Assembly: GCF_006345805.1 (NCBI RefSeq)
Contig: NC_043005.1
Span: forward strand, 88,474,001 to 88,538,000
Reading direction: 5' to 3'
From: Octopus sinensis
Taxonomy: Eukaryota
Length of the DNA stretch: 64,000 nucleotides
Of this stretch, positions 37,161-50,916 are shown in pieces; the stretch's first letter is position 1, and the number at the start of each line of letters is the position of its first letter. The translations under genes and the position numbers were made by a program. Under the pieces are notes generated by a model that saw only the letters and a list, made by a program, of their open reading frames with translations, was not told the DNA's origin and did no database searches.

Positions 37161-39006
37161 TTAATGAGGTCATGAACCGTGACGAAAGGACTTCGATAAA
37201 CAGCCAATTAGTTTGTTGGTTAGATATTTAACCATCATCATCATCATTTAACGTCAGCTTCCCATGCTGGCATGGGTTGGACAGCTTGACCAGAGCTGGC
37301 AAGCTGGAGAGCTGCGCCAGGTTCCAGACTGAGTTGGTTTCGTTTCTACGGCTGGATGACTTTTCTAATGCCAACCACTTTACAGTGTGTGTTGGGTGCT
37401 TTTAACATGGTACCAGCACAAATGCTTTTACGTGGTGTTGGTATGAGCACTTTTTATGTGACACCGGCACAGCAAATATCGAACTGTCTAACAAAAAAGA
37501 AGTAATATTGAACTAGTGTGTGTGTTATTGGCATAATGATCTTCCCAAGACATAACAACTAATGTTGCATAGTATTAGTGCTGATAACAAGGTTTACAGC
37601 TAAAATGTTATACATAGCAACAATGCTAGCAACCTCACTGCCAAAAGTATTTATATATAGAATACGCTGTGATTGTTACATAGCACTGTTAGCAACCACA
37701 GAATGTGAAATGGTTAAATGAGTTAAAACCAAGCTTTACACATAGAACAGTTCTGCTAGCAATCAATGTCAAGTCTGTGGTGCTAACAGCTATAAATATC
37801 TCAGAATTAGCAACAGAAACTTGTATAATAGCCAACAAAGGTATCATATTTTCTGGCACACAAGACGATGTTGCATACAGTGTAGACATTCAAACACTGT
37901 CTCTTTCCAAATCCTACTGCATTTCACATGGAATTTTTGGTCCTTCAAAGTCGTCTTGGTGTAGAAGTCCCCTTTTTTGGCAATAAATTTTGGTGCAAAA
38001 TGAATGCTAGAAAAATATGTATGACTTGTGAATAATTGGATGTAGTTACATAGAACTGTTTCCAGTTATAACAAAATTACTAAGACAGGAGATGTAGGAT
38101 CAAATGTCTTAGCAAGAACCAAGAGCCTCGTAAACTGGGTCTTAGAATTTGCTTGTGCCACAATCCTGGCAATAATGTCTATTGATATCAAATTTTTCTC
38201 ATCCTAAATGCCAGAATATGAAGAGGACATTCCACTGTGTGAACTAAGCAACAGCTTTTAACAGTAAAAAGTGACTAGTGAATTTTGTATACTAGTTAAC
38301 ATTCAGTAATTTGAGTGAAAACTTACATTACTTCATCATCATCGTTTAACGTCTGTTTTCCATGCTGGCATGGGTTGGACAGTTCGACTGGGGTCTGAGA
38401 AGCCATGAGACTGCACCAGGCCCCAATCTGATCGGGCAGTGTTTCTACAGCTGGATGCTCTTCCTAACGCCAACCACTCTGAAAGTGTAGGTGGTGGCTT
38501 TTTTAAATGCCAAGGCAAAGGGCCAGGGGACTGGCAATGGCCATAATGAGTGGTTGGTGCTCTTTATGTGCCACCGGGCTGGAAGCCAGTCACTTCCGGT
38601 GCTGACGAGCCGGGTGGCATGGCATTCGGCCACATACGGCATGCCTAGGCTTACGTGCCCTAGGTTTTGTGGTGAAGGAGGGCTGTGTGGTAGGAAGTTG
38701 ATCATGATAATAATAATAATAATATACAACAAGCCAGGTGATGAAGGATGTTGCAGGTGTTTATGTGTTTAGCTGTCTATGAATTAAAGTAAGGAATTTA
38801 TGAGAAAGAGAAGACCTAATAGTAGTGGTAGGAGTGGGAGAAGAGGGAGGAGGAGGCAATGGCACTGGGGGGGGGGGTAAGATTGTGGTATGGTGGGGGA
38901 GGGCTTACATGAAGATGAAATTTTGTGGATGAAATCAAGTGAGCAAGGTTGTATTAAAACAGGAACTAAAATAAAATTAAAAAAAGAAGAAATCTTGATT
39001 TTTTAC

Positions 39007-39204
39007 CTTAAAACAAGAGAGTAGCAGTTGTATACAATAAGACAGGATTTCTGTCTCGGTGCATAAGGTCAGCCACAGCTGGCGACCCGGGGTTAGTTTC
39101 TTGTTTTTGCTTTCTTCCTCGATCGAATGAGTTGAAGTCAGGGGATCAGAGTTTGAAAACTGCTTCAGAGATCCGATGATATCGAGTAAGAGTTCACACG
39201 CTTT
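39007..39204 (-). CDS. INTS10: INTS10 exon: KACELLLDIIGSLK...RQLWLTLCTETEILSYCIQLLLSCFK
   Basis: Human MTCEKVLDLM...[24 protein letters not shown]; CAG acceptor, GTAAAA donor; phases 0/0. Confidence 0.9.
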
Positions 39205-40321
39205 CTGATGTCGATGATGATGATAAGAAGAAGAGGAAAATAAGTGTCCGAATATTAGAAAGGATAAAATGAGAAATTTACAAAACATTCTACAAAATAT
39301 TTCACATTGTAGCAGTGATTTGAAACCTTACTGCTAGATACTTAGCCAGAGACTAGTGAACCACTACAGTCTCAAGTGATTGGCCCATAAATCAACCAAT
39401 CAGCATGAGGCTGTGGTGTGATATGGTTTTTTTGGGAATGTTCTGAAATTCAACTTGTTCTTTTTAGAAACAGTTTTCAGTGCCTGATTAATCCCATTGT
39501 TGAAGCTGGCTGACTGATTCATGCACCTCCATTCTTGCCATTTAGACGATTCCAAGTTCTCAGACTGACCCAAACTGAACATTCATACAATGTCTCACAG
39601 AATATCTTCAATATAGACAGTGCAGTTTTCTCTCTCTCTTCCCCGAGACAGCAACTATTATTGTTGTAAAAATCAACAACAAATATCCTTATGTCTGGCA
39701 AGAAATAACGAGTTAAATGTCTGTGAGTTTGCTCCAGTTATTCTTCTTTCAGCCAACAAAATATGGCCTCACTGACCAGATGAACACAAGCACCCCCCCC
39801 CACCTCACAACAACATTACAAGAGAAGCAAGGAGTGTACTAAGAGTATTTCCCTTATAACGATTAGTCAGAGTACAAAAGCAAAGTAAGAATGGTTGCTC
39901 TTTAGAGAAACCTTTGTGTATTTGTAGAGAAAGGAAAAAAAAAAAAAAACATTTAATCCTTTTGTTAAATCATCATCATCACTGTCGTCTAACATTCGCT
40001 TTCCATGCTGGCATGGGTTGGATGGTTTGAATGAGGACTGGCAAGCCAGGAGGCCGCACCAGGCTCCAACCTGATCTGGCAGAGTTTCTACAGCTGGATG
40101 CCCTTCCTAACACCAACCACTCCGAGAGTAGTGGGTGCTTTTATGTGCCACCAGCACGAGGGCTAGTCAGTCGGTACTGGCAATTTCAAGTGGAGATAAA
40201 TATTACTGTTTAATAAATACATACTTTTCTCTTGAAAAGGCCTGAAATTTTGGGGGCAGGGGTTAGTTGATCAACCTCAGCGCTCAACTGAGACTTATTT
40301 TATGGAAGGCAAAATCAACTT

Positions 40322-40362
40322 ATATAATAATAATAATAATAATAATGAACATAATAATAATA

Positions 40363-40416
<54 letters not shown>

Positions 40417-40428
40417 TAATAATAAATA

Positions 40429-40477
<49 letters not shown>

Positions 40478-40503
40478 TATAAATAATAATAATAATAATA
40501 ATA

Positions 40504-40552
<49 letters not shown>

Positions 40553-40609
40553 TAATAATAAATAATAATAAATAAAATAATAATAAATATAATAATAATA
40601 ATAATAATA

Positions 40610-40642
<33 letters not shown>

Positions 40643-40790
40643 ATATAATAATAATAATAATAAATAATAATAATAATAAAATAATAATAATAAATAATAA
40701 TAATAATAAATAATAATAATAATAATAATAATAATATAAATAATAATAATAATAATAATATAATAATAATAATAATAATAATATATAATA

Positions 40791-40832
<42 letters not shown>

Positions 40833-40968
40833 TAATAATAATAATAATAAATAAATAATAATAAATAATAATAAATAAATAATAATAAATAATAAATAAT
40901 GATAAATGATGATGATGATAATAATAATAATAATAATAATAATAGTAGTAGTAGTAGCAGCAACAACA
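40322..40968. repeat. ~650-nt interrupted (AAT)n microsatellite grading into (AGT)n(AGC)(AAC)n
   Basis: Directly visible; source of the spurious poly-I/Y/L ORFs. Confidence 0.97.
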
Positions 40969-40974
40969 ACTTAC

Positions 40975-41028
40975 AGAATATGTACCCAAACAATGAAAGC
41001 AGGAGGCAAGCTGTAACGATTTCCGTAA
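40975..41028 (-). CDS. INTS10: INTS10 exon: LRKSLQLASCFHCLGTYS
   Basis: Human HQRALIQLATCHFALGEYR; TTTCAG acceptor, GTAAGT donor; phases 0/0. Confidence 0.9.
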
Positions 41029-41762
41029 CTGAAACAAATGAAAAAAAGGAAATTCTTGAAGCGGAATCAATATGGTTGAAAGTCAGATTGTTTTTTTCCA
41101 TGTCCCAAGGGTGTGGCAGAAAAGGACACACCTACGTGTAATAGGTTTTCAAGTAATTCAACACTAAATACACATTATTAACTGATCCAAACCATGAAAG
41201 GCAACAAAAACAAAATGGTAAAACGTTAGCTCCATGAAGATGGCCTTATCACATGTCAAACTTCATTTGCACAACAACCATCGCCATACAAAATGTGGGA
41301 GGTTTTTTTTGTGCTGCTGCATTCTATACTTTCCCTAAAAGGAATTATAAAAGGAAACAGAAGTGTGGTGGTGGTGGTGGAGATGAGGGTGGCAGTGATG
41401 ATGATGTTGGTGGTAGTGGTGGCAATGGGGTGATGTTGTTGTTAGTGGAGTAGCCCTAGGTCAATTCTGATCAAGCTGTCCTAGACTAAAAAGCATTCTA
41501 GTCACAACCATCCACTTTTTTCAGACATAGTGTACCTAGGACTACAACATACTCTGTGTTTGTGTGTTTGACCCTTTTTTTGCTTTGTCTTGTTAGATAA
41601 CTGAATGTGATTTAAAGGAGATTTATAATTTTTAAGAGACCAACCAATCACTTAGAGGTGGTCCCCATTGAAGGGAAAGGGCTTTGTTGGGAGACGTGTT
41701 GGGTGGTGATGGTGGTGATGATGACAAGATAAGAAACTAATAACCAAAATATTTCAACTTAC

Positions 41763-41828
41763 TTGCATTTTTTCTGACAAATTAATCTGGAAATTTTGTA
41801 AATTACTCACAGCATCTTGGAATAAACC
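41763..41828 (-). CDS. INTS10: INTS10 exon: GLFQDAVSNLQNFQINLSEKMQ
   Basis: Human GQYKKAIASLHHL; CAG acceptor, GTAAGT donor; phases 0/0. Confidence 0.85.
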
Positions 41829-43498
41829 CTGATTGGAATAAAAATGGTAAGTAATAAATTCAAAGAATGCTGATGATGATGGAGATAGAGGAAACGGTAT
41901 TACATAAAAAAAGAAAAGATTAGTCAAATAGAAAAGATCTTGAAATAGATTTGACCAGAATGTGGGGCCTGAAAACAGAAATAATCCCCACAATACATAA
42001 TAGGTACCTGGGAAAGGATAGAAAAAAACATGCAGAAGAATAAGTAACCAGACAGCCCCCAGTCCTCCACTGGGACCTAAATCTGCATCATCATCATCAT
42101 CATCGTTTAACATCCGCTTTCCATGCTGGCATGGGTTGGACGGTTTGAATGAGGACTTGTGAGCCAGAGGCTGCACCAGGCTCAATCTGATCTGGCAAAG
42201 TTTCTACAGCTGGATGCCCTTCCTAATGCCAACCACTCCGTAAGTGTAGTGTGTGCTTTTTACGTGCCACTGGCACAAGGGCCAGTCAGGCGGTTCTGGC
42301 AACAACCACGTTCAAAAGGTCTTTGTACAGGCTACCTGCATAGGAGCCTGTCCGGTGGCACTGGCAACGACCACACTCGAATGTTTTTCACGTGCCAGTG
42401 GCACATGTGCCGTTAAGGCGATGCTGGCAACAATCACACTCGAATGGTGCTTTTCACGTGTCACTGGCACAGGAGCCAATCCTTGGCCCTAGGTACAGCT
42501 CACATATTGTTTATTGTTTATACAAGAGAAAATAGATAGCATAAAGTAAACACTACACAGCAGTGAAACCCTGTAATAATCCTTTGTACGATAGGCACCA
42601 GGCTTGAAATTTAGTAGAAAGGGGCCAGTCGATTACATTGACCCCAGTGCTCAAATGGTACTTATTTTATTGACCTCGAAAGGATGAGAGGCAAAGTGAA
42701 CTTTGGCAGAATTTGAACTCAGGATGTGAAGAGGAATGGAAAGCTGCAAAGCATTTTGCCCAGAGTGCTAATGGCTCTGCCAGTTTTTTGCCCTACAGTA
42801 GCGAAACCATGAAGTAAAAACAGCTAAACTAACTCTGAAACACTTTTTAGTCTCTATCTGCTGTCTCCTGGAAAGAGGGGCAGAGCTCATGGCCCTTGCA
42901 GTCCCTGTGACAGTTTTGAGGTGGATGGTGTTAATGTTCTGTTTATATTTTCGTAGAGAAATGAGTAGAGTGGAGATTCCAGAGGGAGGATGTTCCCAAG
43001 ACCAAGTATGTAATGGTTTGTACAAAGAGAGGCAGGAGTTGGACACATCAAGAGGGACCATAGGTGGAGAATTCAGTTTTTGGACACATTTTGGAGATTA
43101 AGAAGACAATGAGCTGACAGAATTATTACCATGCTAGGAAAACTGCTTGACAGCATCTTGTGCCCTTTACATTCTGAGTTTAAATTCCACAGTGGTTAAC
43201 TCTGCATTTCTTTCATCACCTCTACATTCTGGGTTCAAACCCTAACTCTAATTTGCCTTACTGAGTGAACTGAGTGATTTTTACGTGACAGCAGCACTGC
43301 CAAGATCGTTTCGGCATGGTTTCTACAATTGGATGCTATTCTTAATGCCAACCACTTCACAGAGTGGCTTGGGTGGCTTTTATGTGGCACCAGCACCGGT
43401 AAGGTCTGGACATTGAAAAACAAACAAAAGATGGTCAACGAAAAACAAGAAAAATCTCTTGAATGGTGAAAAGGAAAGAAACAGAACTGTTTGTTTAC

Positions 43499-43581
43499 CT
43501 GATGAATAAACATGTCTGTTTGAAAATGAGCCATCCATGACCATGTCTCAGACTGCCAGTTCTGACAAAGCTTTATAAAAC
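43499..43581 (-). CDS. INTS10: INTS10 exon: (G)FIKLCQNWQSETWSWMAHFQTDMFIHQ
   Basis: Human [28 protein letters not shown]; phases 1/0. Confidence 0.95.
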
Positions 43582-45103
43582 CTATATTAAAACAAAAGAG
43601 AGAGAAACAATATTTACATAACATATATATATATAAATAAAAATATGTTATGAGTATTACAGGATAAAAGTTTATATAAACCCAACTAACAGTTAAAAAA
43701 TGAGAAGAGAAGATGTTAAAAGATTTTATAAATTTTTAATCCATACGATCGTTTCGAATGATAATACTGACATGTAAGAAAGCATGGAAAAAATTAAATT
43801 AATTATAATAATATTTAAAATAATTAAATTAAATTAATTTAATTAGATATTACCATTCTCTTCAGTGGAAAAAATTAATAAACCCCACAAAAAGTTCAAA
43901 TTGTTCTACTTGAACTAATTATATATGCTGTAGATATAGAAACAAGACAAATCTAGTTTTTTCTTTGTAGATGGAAAAAATGACACCTAGAAAGTTCCCT
44001 TCCAAGGCATAAGTCCAGGCAAGGTTGTTTATGGAAGACCAGCAGTCACCCAAACATACCAGCCTCTTCTCTCCATGCCACTGATCTTATCCAAGGGAAA
44101 GGCAAATGGGCCAATACAGCTTGGCACCTGTGACGTCGCAACTCATTTCTACAGCTGAGTGAACTGGAGCAACATGAAATAAAGTGTCTTGCTCAAGAAC
44201 ACAACACGCAGCCCGGTCTAGGAATCGACCTCACAACCTCACGATCGTATATGGATGGATATATAACATTGACATATCATCAACACCATTGTTCTAGCAT
44301 TGAATTGTCCATGCTTGCATGGGTCAGATGGAATCTAATGATGCAGATTTCCTATGGCTGGGTGCCATTCCGGCCACCAGCCTTCACCTGTTTCCAACCA
44401 AGGTAACATCTCCTCAGGGTCAGATATGTTCCTCATACAAGACTGGAAGGAACAACACCTCTTGTTAGACAGTGATGCTCATTTACAATCAACCAGTGTT
44501 GTCTAGACAAGGCTACACAAACACTCATTCACACACATAATGGGCTTCTTTCAGTTTCCGTCTACAAAATCTACTCACAAGGCTTTGGTCAGCTAATGGC
44601 TTGAACCTGAAACTTTGTGGTCATGAATCAAGCTTCTTAACCACACAGCCACACTTGTGGTGTTGTCACTTCTGCTGTCCACTACCTGTCCACTCACTTT
44701 GCACTTTCAAAGACATGTGAAACAAGAGGTCCCTTACTTAAAAAAAACCCAGATAAGGGTAAGTGCCAAGAAGGGCATAATGCCTTGCCAATACATAGTT
44801 GTCTAACCCACGCTAGAATGGAAAAACACATAAAAATGAACACACACACACACAAGTATGTACAGAATCACATCAACTTATAGAGTGTGTGAGAAATATA
44901 GAGTGAAACTGCCAGTAAGGAAAGGCAAAATTTATGTTCTCTTGTGTTATATTATTATTCTTAATATTATTATTACATATACGAGTAGATGTGTGTGTGT
45001 GTGTGTGTGTGTTTGTGTGCGCGTATATTTCAACGGGTTGTTAGGGAATATCAAGGGGAGATAACTGGGTAGAGACCATAAAAAAGGTTCCTTTTCTTCT
45101 TAC

Positions 45104-45261
45104 CTCTCTGTAAAATATCGCTTGAATGGAGCAATTCGTAACATTTGTGAGCAATTATAAAATGATTGATGATCATTTGAGAATCTGGAATTTCAGCACT
45201 AGCTGTAACATGAGGGTAAGAAGAAGTCTGAATCTCTGGTCGAAGCTTCTTTACTTTCGTT
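45104..45261 (-). CDS. INTS10: INTS10 exon: (E)TKVKKLRPEIQTSSYPHVTASAEIPDSQMIINHFIIAHKCYELLHSSDILQR(G)
   Basis: 3' half matches human ESFKLARESWELLYSLEFLDKE; GTAAGA donor; the acceptor at 45262-45263 is the first AG after the pyrimidine tract and keeps phase. Confidence 0.85.
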
Positions 45262-46247
45262 CTTTGGTAAACAGGGGGGAAAATAATAAATAAATAAAAT
45301 CAAAATTAAATAAAAAAGACATTTAAAACAATTCAAAATTATTAATTCAAAAAGAAAAATTAAAATATAAAGAGCCAGAGTAATTAATAATTTAATTTTC
45401 ATCTCTCTCTCTCTCTATATATATATATATTAATAAATATAATAGATTATAATAAAATGCCCAGCTCCTCTATAAGAACCGAACTGTTCACCCTTTTCTC
45501 ATACTTGTATATACTTTAACCCCTTGTTCCCACGTATTAAGCCGTCCCCACTCCCTCCTACGGGGTTCGTAGTCTTGGGAGATGCAGGGGCACAGGGGCC
45601 AGTCAGGTGGCACTGGTAACAACGACACTCGAAAGGTGCTTTTTACGTGCCACTGGCACAGGAGCCAGTCAGGCAGCACAGGCAACGGCCATGCTCAAAT
45701 GGTGCTTTTTACGTGCCACTGGCATGGGACCAAGCTTCAGATGTATTTAATGCCAGAAACAGCTTGATTTCTTTCTCTTATACTTTCCATAGTTCAACAA
45801 GTTTCTGGCCACTGGAACATGTTCTTTCAAAGGGTGTAATTGAAAACCTACATGAGTGAATGTGTGAATAACAAAATAGGAATTTTGAAAGAAGTATATA
45901 TAAAACTAGCTTTTAAACACTGGAGGGTTATAGAGGTGCACAAGAACAACATTGTAATCCAAGGTGTACATAGGTAAAAAGATAATTTTGGAACAAAGTG
46001 TGTATCATAAAACCAGAGCTGATCTTCAGACCGGCTGATATGAAAAGAGTTCATTTAATCCTTAACTAGAATTTATTTTATTGATCTTGGTGGGTTTTGA
46101 ACTCAGAATGTAAAGCATTGGACCTAAGCATTTTGCAAAATGTTCCATGAATATTTGCCACCTGACGACTTAAACGAATGAATAAGGAAACAAAAACTAA
46201 CAAAATTTTGAAAAATAGTAGAAAAAAAAATCATGAAATAGACTTAC

Positions 46248-46317
46248 TCGGAATTTGACCGTTCTGTTTTAATTCCTTCTAGAAGAACAAGGGGTGCCGG
46301 TAGGCCTATGGCAGAAC
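46248..46317 (-). CDS. INTS10: INTS10 exon: (G)SAIGLPAPLVLLEGIKTERSNS(E)
   Basis: Human QVPLVLLEDV; TTGCAG acceptor, GTAAGT donor; phases 1/2. Confidence 0.85.
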
Positions 46318-46654
46318 CTGCAAGAAATAACAGTCAATATTTGTGTAAAATGAAACATGGGAAGGCATGGTTGTGTGGTTAAGCAGTAGGCTTCTCAACC
46401 AAGAGGTTTCAAGTTCAGTCCTGCTGTGTGGCACCTTGGGCAAGTGTCTTCTACTTTAATCTCAGGCTAACCAAATCCTTGTGAGTGGATTTAGTAGACT
46501 AACAGAAACTGAAAGAAGCTCACTGTATGTGCATGTGTGGGTGTGTGTGAGTGTCTGTGTCTCCTTGCCTTGACATCAAGTGATAGTTGTGAATGACTGT
46601 TACTACCACATAAGAGGTGATAATGATAATAATAATAATAATAACAATAATAAT

Positions 46655-47855
46655 CCTTTCTACTATAGGCACAAGGCCTGAAATTTTGAAGTAGTGAGGC
46701 TAGTCGATTACATCGACCCCAGTGCATAACTGGTACTTATTTCATTGACTCCAAATGGAAGAAAGGTGAAGTCAACATTAGCAGTTTGAACACAGAACAT
46801 AAATACAGATGAAATGCCACTAAGCATTTCGTCTGGCATGCTAACAATTCTGCCAGCTCACCACCTTAATAACAATCATCATCATCATCATCATCATTTA
46901 ACGTCCGTTTTCCATGCTGGCATGGGTTGGACGGTTTGACTGGGGTCTGGGAAGCCAGGAGGCTGCACCAGGCTCCAGTTTGATCTGGCAGTGTTTCTAC
47001 AGCTGGATGCCCTTCTTAATGCCAACCACTCCGAGAATGTAGTGGTTGCTTTTTTACATGCCACTGGCACAGGGACCAGAGGAGCTGGCATTGACCATGA
47101 TCAGATGGTGCTTTTTACGTGCCACTGGCACTGGCATCGGCCACGTTAGGATGGTGTTTTTATGTGCTACCAGCACAGGGCTCACAACTACAGCTTCAAA
47201 TTTTGGCACAAGGCCAGCAATTTCAGGGGAGGGGCTAAGTTGACTACATCAACCTCAGTGCATAACTGGTACTTATTTTATTGGCCTTGGCGGAATTTGA
47301 ACTCAGATCATGCATTATGTCCAGTATGCTAATGATTCTGCCAGCTTGCCATCTTTATAATAATAATAATAATACTTTTTGCTAAAGTCACAATGCTTGA
47401 AACTTGGTGGTGGTGGTGGTGGTGGTGGTGGTGGGAACTAGTTAATTACCTGAAGCCCAGTATTTAACTGATACTCAATTTATCAACCCCCAAAGGGAAT
47501 GAAAGGCAAAGTCGACCTCGGCGGAATTTGAACTCAGAACGTAGTGATGGGTGAAATACCATGAAGCATTCTGTCCAGTGTGCTAACGAATCTGCCAGCT
47601 CACTGCCTTAATAACAACAACAACAACAATAGTAATAATCCTTTCTACTTTAGACACAAGGCCTGAAATTTGGGGGGAGGGGGCCAGTTGATTAGCTCAA
47701 CTTCAGTATGCAACTGGTACTTAATTTATCAACCTCAAAGGGGATGAAAGGCAAAGTTGACCTCAGCGGAATTTGAACTCAGAACGCAAGGACGGATAAA
47801 ATGCCGTGAAGCATTTTGCCCGGCGTGCTAATGATTCTGTTAGCTCACCGCCTTA
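46655..47855 (-). mobile_element. Cluster of four family-A SINEs and one RTE tail, all minus strand
   Basis: Family A at ~46655-46867, 47195-47350, 47436-47610 and 47640-47855; RTE tail at 46875-47180. Confidence 0.8.
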
Positions 47856-47955
47856 TTTATAATAATAACAAAAAAAAAAAAACCATAATGTCTACATCAA
47901 AGACATAGAAGAGGAATTAAAAGAAGGAAGAAGCTATATTCAGCTTCCGTTTTAC

Positions 47956-48113
47956 CTGACACAAAAATCTCTGCATCAACACAACTGATATAGGAGTAGA
48001 GGCAATTAAGGAACACAACTGCAGTCATATATAATATCTGGTGATAGCTGCTTTCTTGATTACTTTGTCCTGCTCTTGAGTGTAAAATCAATATCTGCTG
48101 CCATTGGTAGTCT
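47956..48113 (-). CDS. INTS10: INTS10 exon: (R)DYQWQQILILHSRAGQSNQESSYHQILYMTAVVFLNCLYSYISCVDAEIFVS(G)
   Basis: Aligns with human NQVVYSTMLVFFKNAFQYVNSIQPSLFQG; phases 2/1. Confidence 0.85.
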
Positions 48114-48219
48114 CTGAAAGTAGAAGCGAGACAGAAAGAAAACAAAAATTAGCAATCACAAAATTCTTTATGGAAAAGCATTAATTTATGTCTTTCTACA
48201 ATTATTTCATGTGTCGTCG

Positions 48220-50916
48220 AAAGAATAATTATGGCCAAAGAATAATTACATCCAAAGAATAATTACGGCCAAAGAATATTTATGACCAAAGAATAATTAC
48301 GGCCAAAGAATAATTACGACCAAAGAATAATTACGGCCAAAGAATAATTACGTCCAAAGAATAATTATGACCAAAGAATAATTACGTCCAAAGAATAATT
48401 ACGGCCAAAGAATAATTATGGCTAAAGAATAATTACGTCCAAAGAATAATTACGTCCAAAGAATAATTACGACCAAAGAATAATTACGGCCAAAGAATAA
48501 TTACGGCCAAAGAATAATTACGTCCAAAGAATAATTACGGCCAAAGAATAATTACGGCCAAAGAATAATTACGACCAAAGAATAATTACGTCCAAAGAAT
48601 AATTATGACCAAAGAATAATTACGTCCAAAGAATAATTACGACCAAAGAATAATTACGGCCAAAGAATAATTACGTCCAAAGAATAATTACGTCCAAAGA
48701 ATAATTACGGCCAAAGAATAATTACGGCCAAAGAATAATTACGACCAAAGAATATTTATGACCAAAGAATAATTACGTCCAAAGAATAATTACGGCCAAA
48801 GAATAATTACGACCAAAGAATAATTACAACCAAAGAATAATTACGGCCAAAGAATAATTACGACCAAAGAATAATTACAACCAAAGAATAATTACGGCCA
48901 AAGAATAATTACGGCCAAAGAATAATTACGGCCAAAGAATAATTACGTCCAAAGAATAATTACGGCCAAAGAATAATTACGGCCAAAGAATAATTACGTC
49001 CAAAGAATAATTAAGACCAAAGAATAATTACGTCCAAAGAATAATTACGTCCAAAGAATAATTACGACCAAAGAATAATTACGGCCAAAGAATAATTACG
49101 TCCAAAGAATAATTACGTCCAAAGAATAATTACGTCCAAAGAATAATTATGGCTAAAGAATAATTACGGCCAAAGAATAATTACGGCCAAAGAATAATTA
49201 CGGCCAAAGAATAATTACGGCCAAAGAATAATTACGGCCAAAGAATAATTATGACCAAACAATAATTACGTCCAAAGAATAATTACGTCCAAAGAATAAT
49301 TACGTCCAAAGAATAATTACGACCAAAGAATATTTATGACCAAAGAATAATTACGGCCAAAGAATAATTATGACCAAAGAATAATTACGACCAAAGAATA
49401 ATTACAACCAAAGAATAATTATGGCCAAAGAATAATTACGGCCAAAGAATAATTACGGCCAAAGAATAATAATGGCTAAAGAATAATTACGGCTAAAGAA
49501 TAATTACGGCCAAAGAATAATTACGGCTAAAGAATAATTACGGCTAAAGAATAATTACGGCCAAAGAATAATTACGGCCAAAGAATAATTACGGCCAAAG
49601 AATAATTACGGCCAAAGAATAATTACAACCAAAGAATAATTACGGCCAAAGAATAATTACGGCCAAAGAATAATTACAACCAAAGAATAATTACGACCAA
49701 AGAATAATTACGGCCAAATAATAATTACGTCCAAAGAATAATTATGGCCAAAGAATAATTATGACCAAAGAATAATTACGCCCAAAGAATAATTATGACC
49801 AAAGAATAATTACGGCCAAAGAATAATTACGACCAAAGAATAATTACGTCTAAAGAATAATTACGTCCAAAGAATAATTACAACCAAAGAATAATTACAG
49901 CCAAAGAATAATTATGACCAAAGAATAATTACGACCAAAGAATAATTACGGCTAAAGAATAATTACGACCAAAGAATAATTATGGCCAAAGAATAATTAT
50001 GGCCAAAGAATAATTACGCCCAAAGAATAATTATGACCAAAGAATAATTACGGCCAAAGAATAATTACGACCAAAGAATAATTACGTCTAAAGAATAATT
50101 ACGTCCAAAGAATAATTACAACCAAAGAATAATTACAGCCAAAGAATAATTATGACCAAAGAATAATTACAGCTAAAGAATAATTACGTCCAAAGAATAA
50201 TTACAACCAAAGAATAATTACGGCCAAAGAATAATTATGACCAAAGAATAATTACGGCCAAAGAATAATTATGACCAAAGAATAATTACGGCTAAAGAAT
50301 AATTACAACCAAAGAATAATTATGGCCAAAGAATAATTATGACCAAAGAATAATTACGCCCAAAGAATAATTACAACCAAAGAATAATTATGGCCAAAAA
50401 ATAATTACGACCAAAGAATAATTATGACCAAAGAATAATTATGACCAAAGAATAATTACGTCCAAAGAATAATTACAACCAAAGAATAATTATGGCCAAA
50501 GAATAATTATGACCAAAGAATAATTACGTCCAAAGAATAATTACGACCAAAGAATAATTACGACCAAAGAATAATTACGGCTAAAGAATAATTACGACCA
50601 AAGAATAATTATGGCCAAAGAATAATTATGGCCAAAGAATAATTATGACCAAAGAATAATTACGACCAAAGAATAATTACAACTAAAGAATAATTATGGC
50701 CAAAGAATAATTACGGCCAAAGAATAATTACGACCAAAGAATAATTATGGCCAAAGAATAATTACGACCAAAGAATAATTATGGCCAAAGAATAATTATG
50801 ACCAAAGAATAATTACGACCAAAGAATAATTACAACTAAAGAATAATTATGGCCAAAGAATAATTACGGCCAAAAATAATTATGACCAAAGAATAATTAC
50901 GGCCAAAGAATAATTA
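48220..50916. repeat. 17-bp minisatellite, ~158 copies (consensus GGCCAAAGAATAATTAC)
   Basis: Directly visible: near-invariant AAAGAATAATTA plus a variable YRNCY segment; 2697 bp / 17. Confidence 0.98.

Noticed and set aside
37500-38300. Unique intronic stretch with ORFs on both strands, faintly membrane-protein-like
   Set aside because: Multiple stops, no consistent frame or splice sites, no recognisable motif; a tblastx search would be needed.
39519-39701. Minus-strand ORF after a CAG acceptor inside INTS10
   Set aside because: No similarity to INTS10, no donor before the stop, and the flanking exons already join in phase.
40295-41131. Long 278-aa and 251-aa ORFs
   Set aside because: Translations of the (TTA)n tract; only the 54-nt INTS10 exon inside them is coding.
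48220-50916. CRISPR-like regular array
   Set aside because: Head-to-tail 17-mers with no unique spacers and no cas genes, in a eukaryotic intron: a minisatellite.
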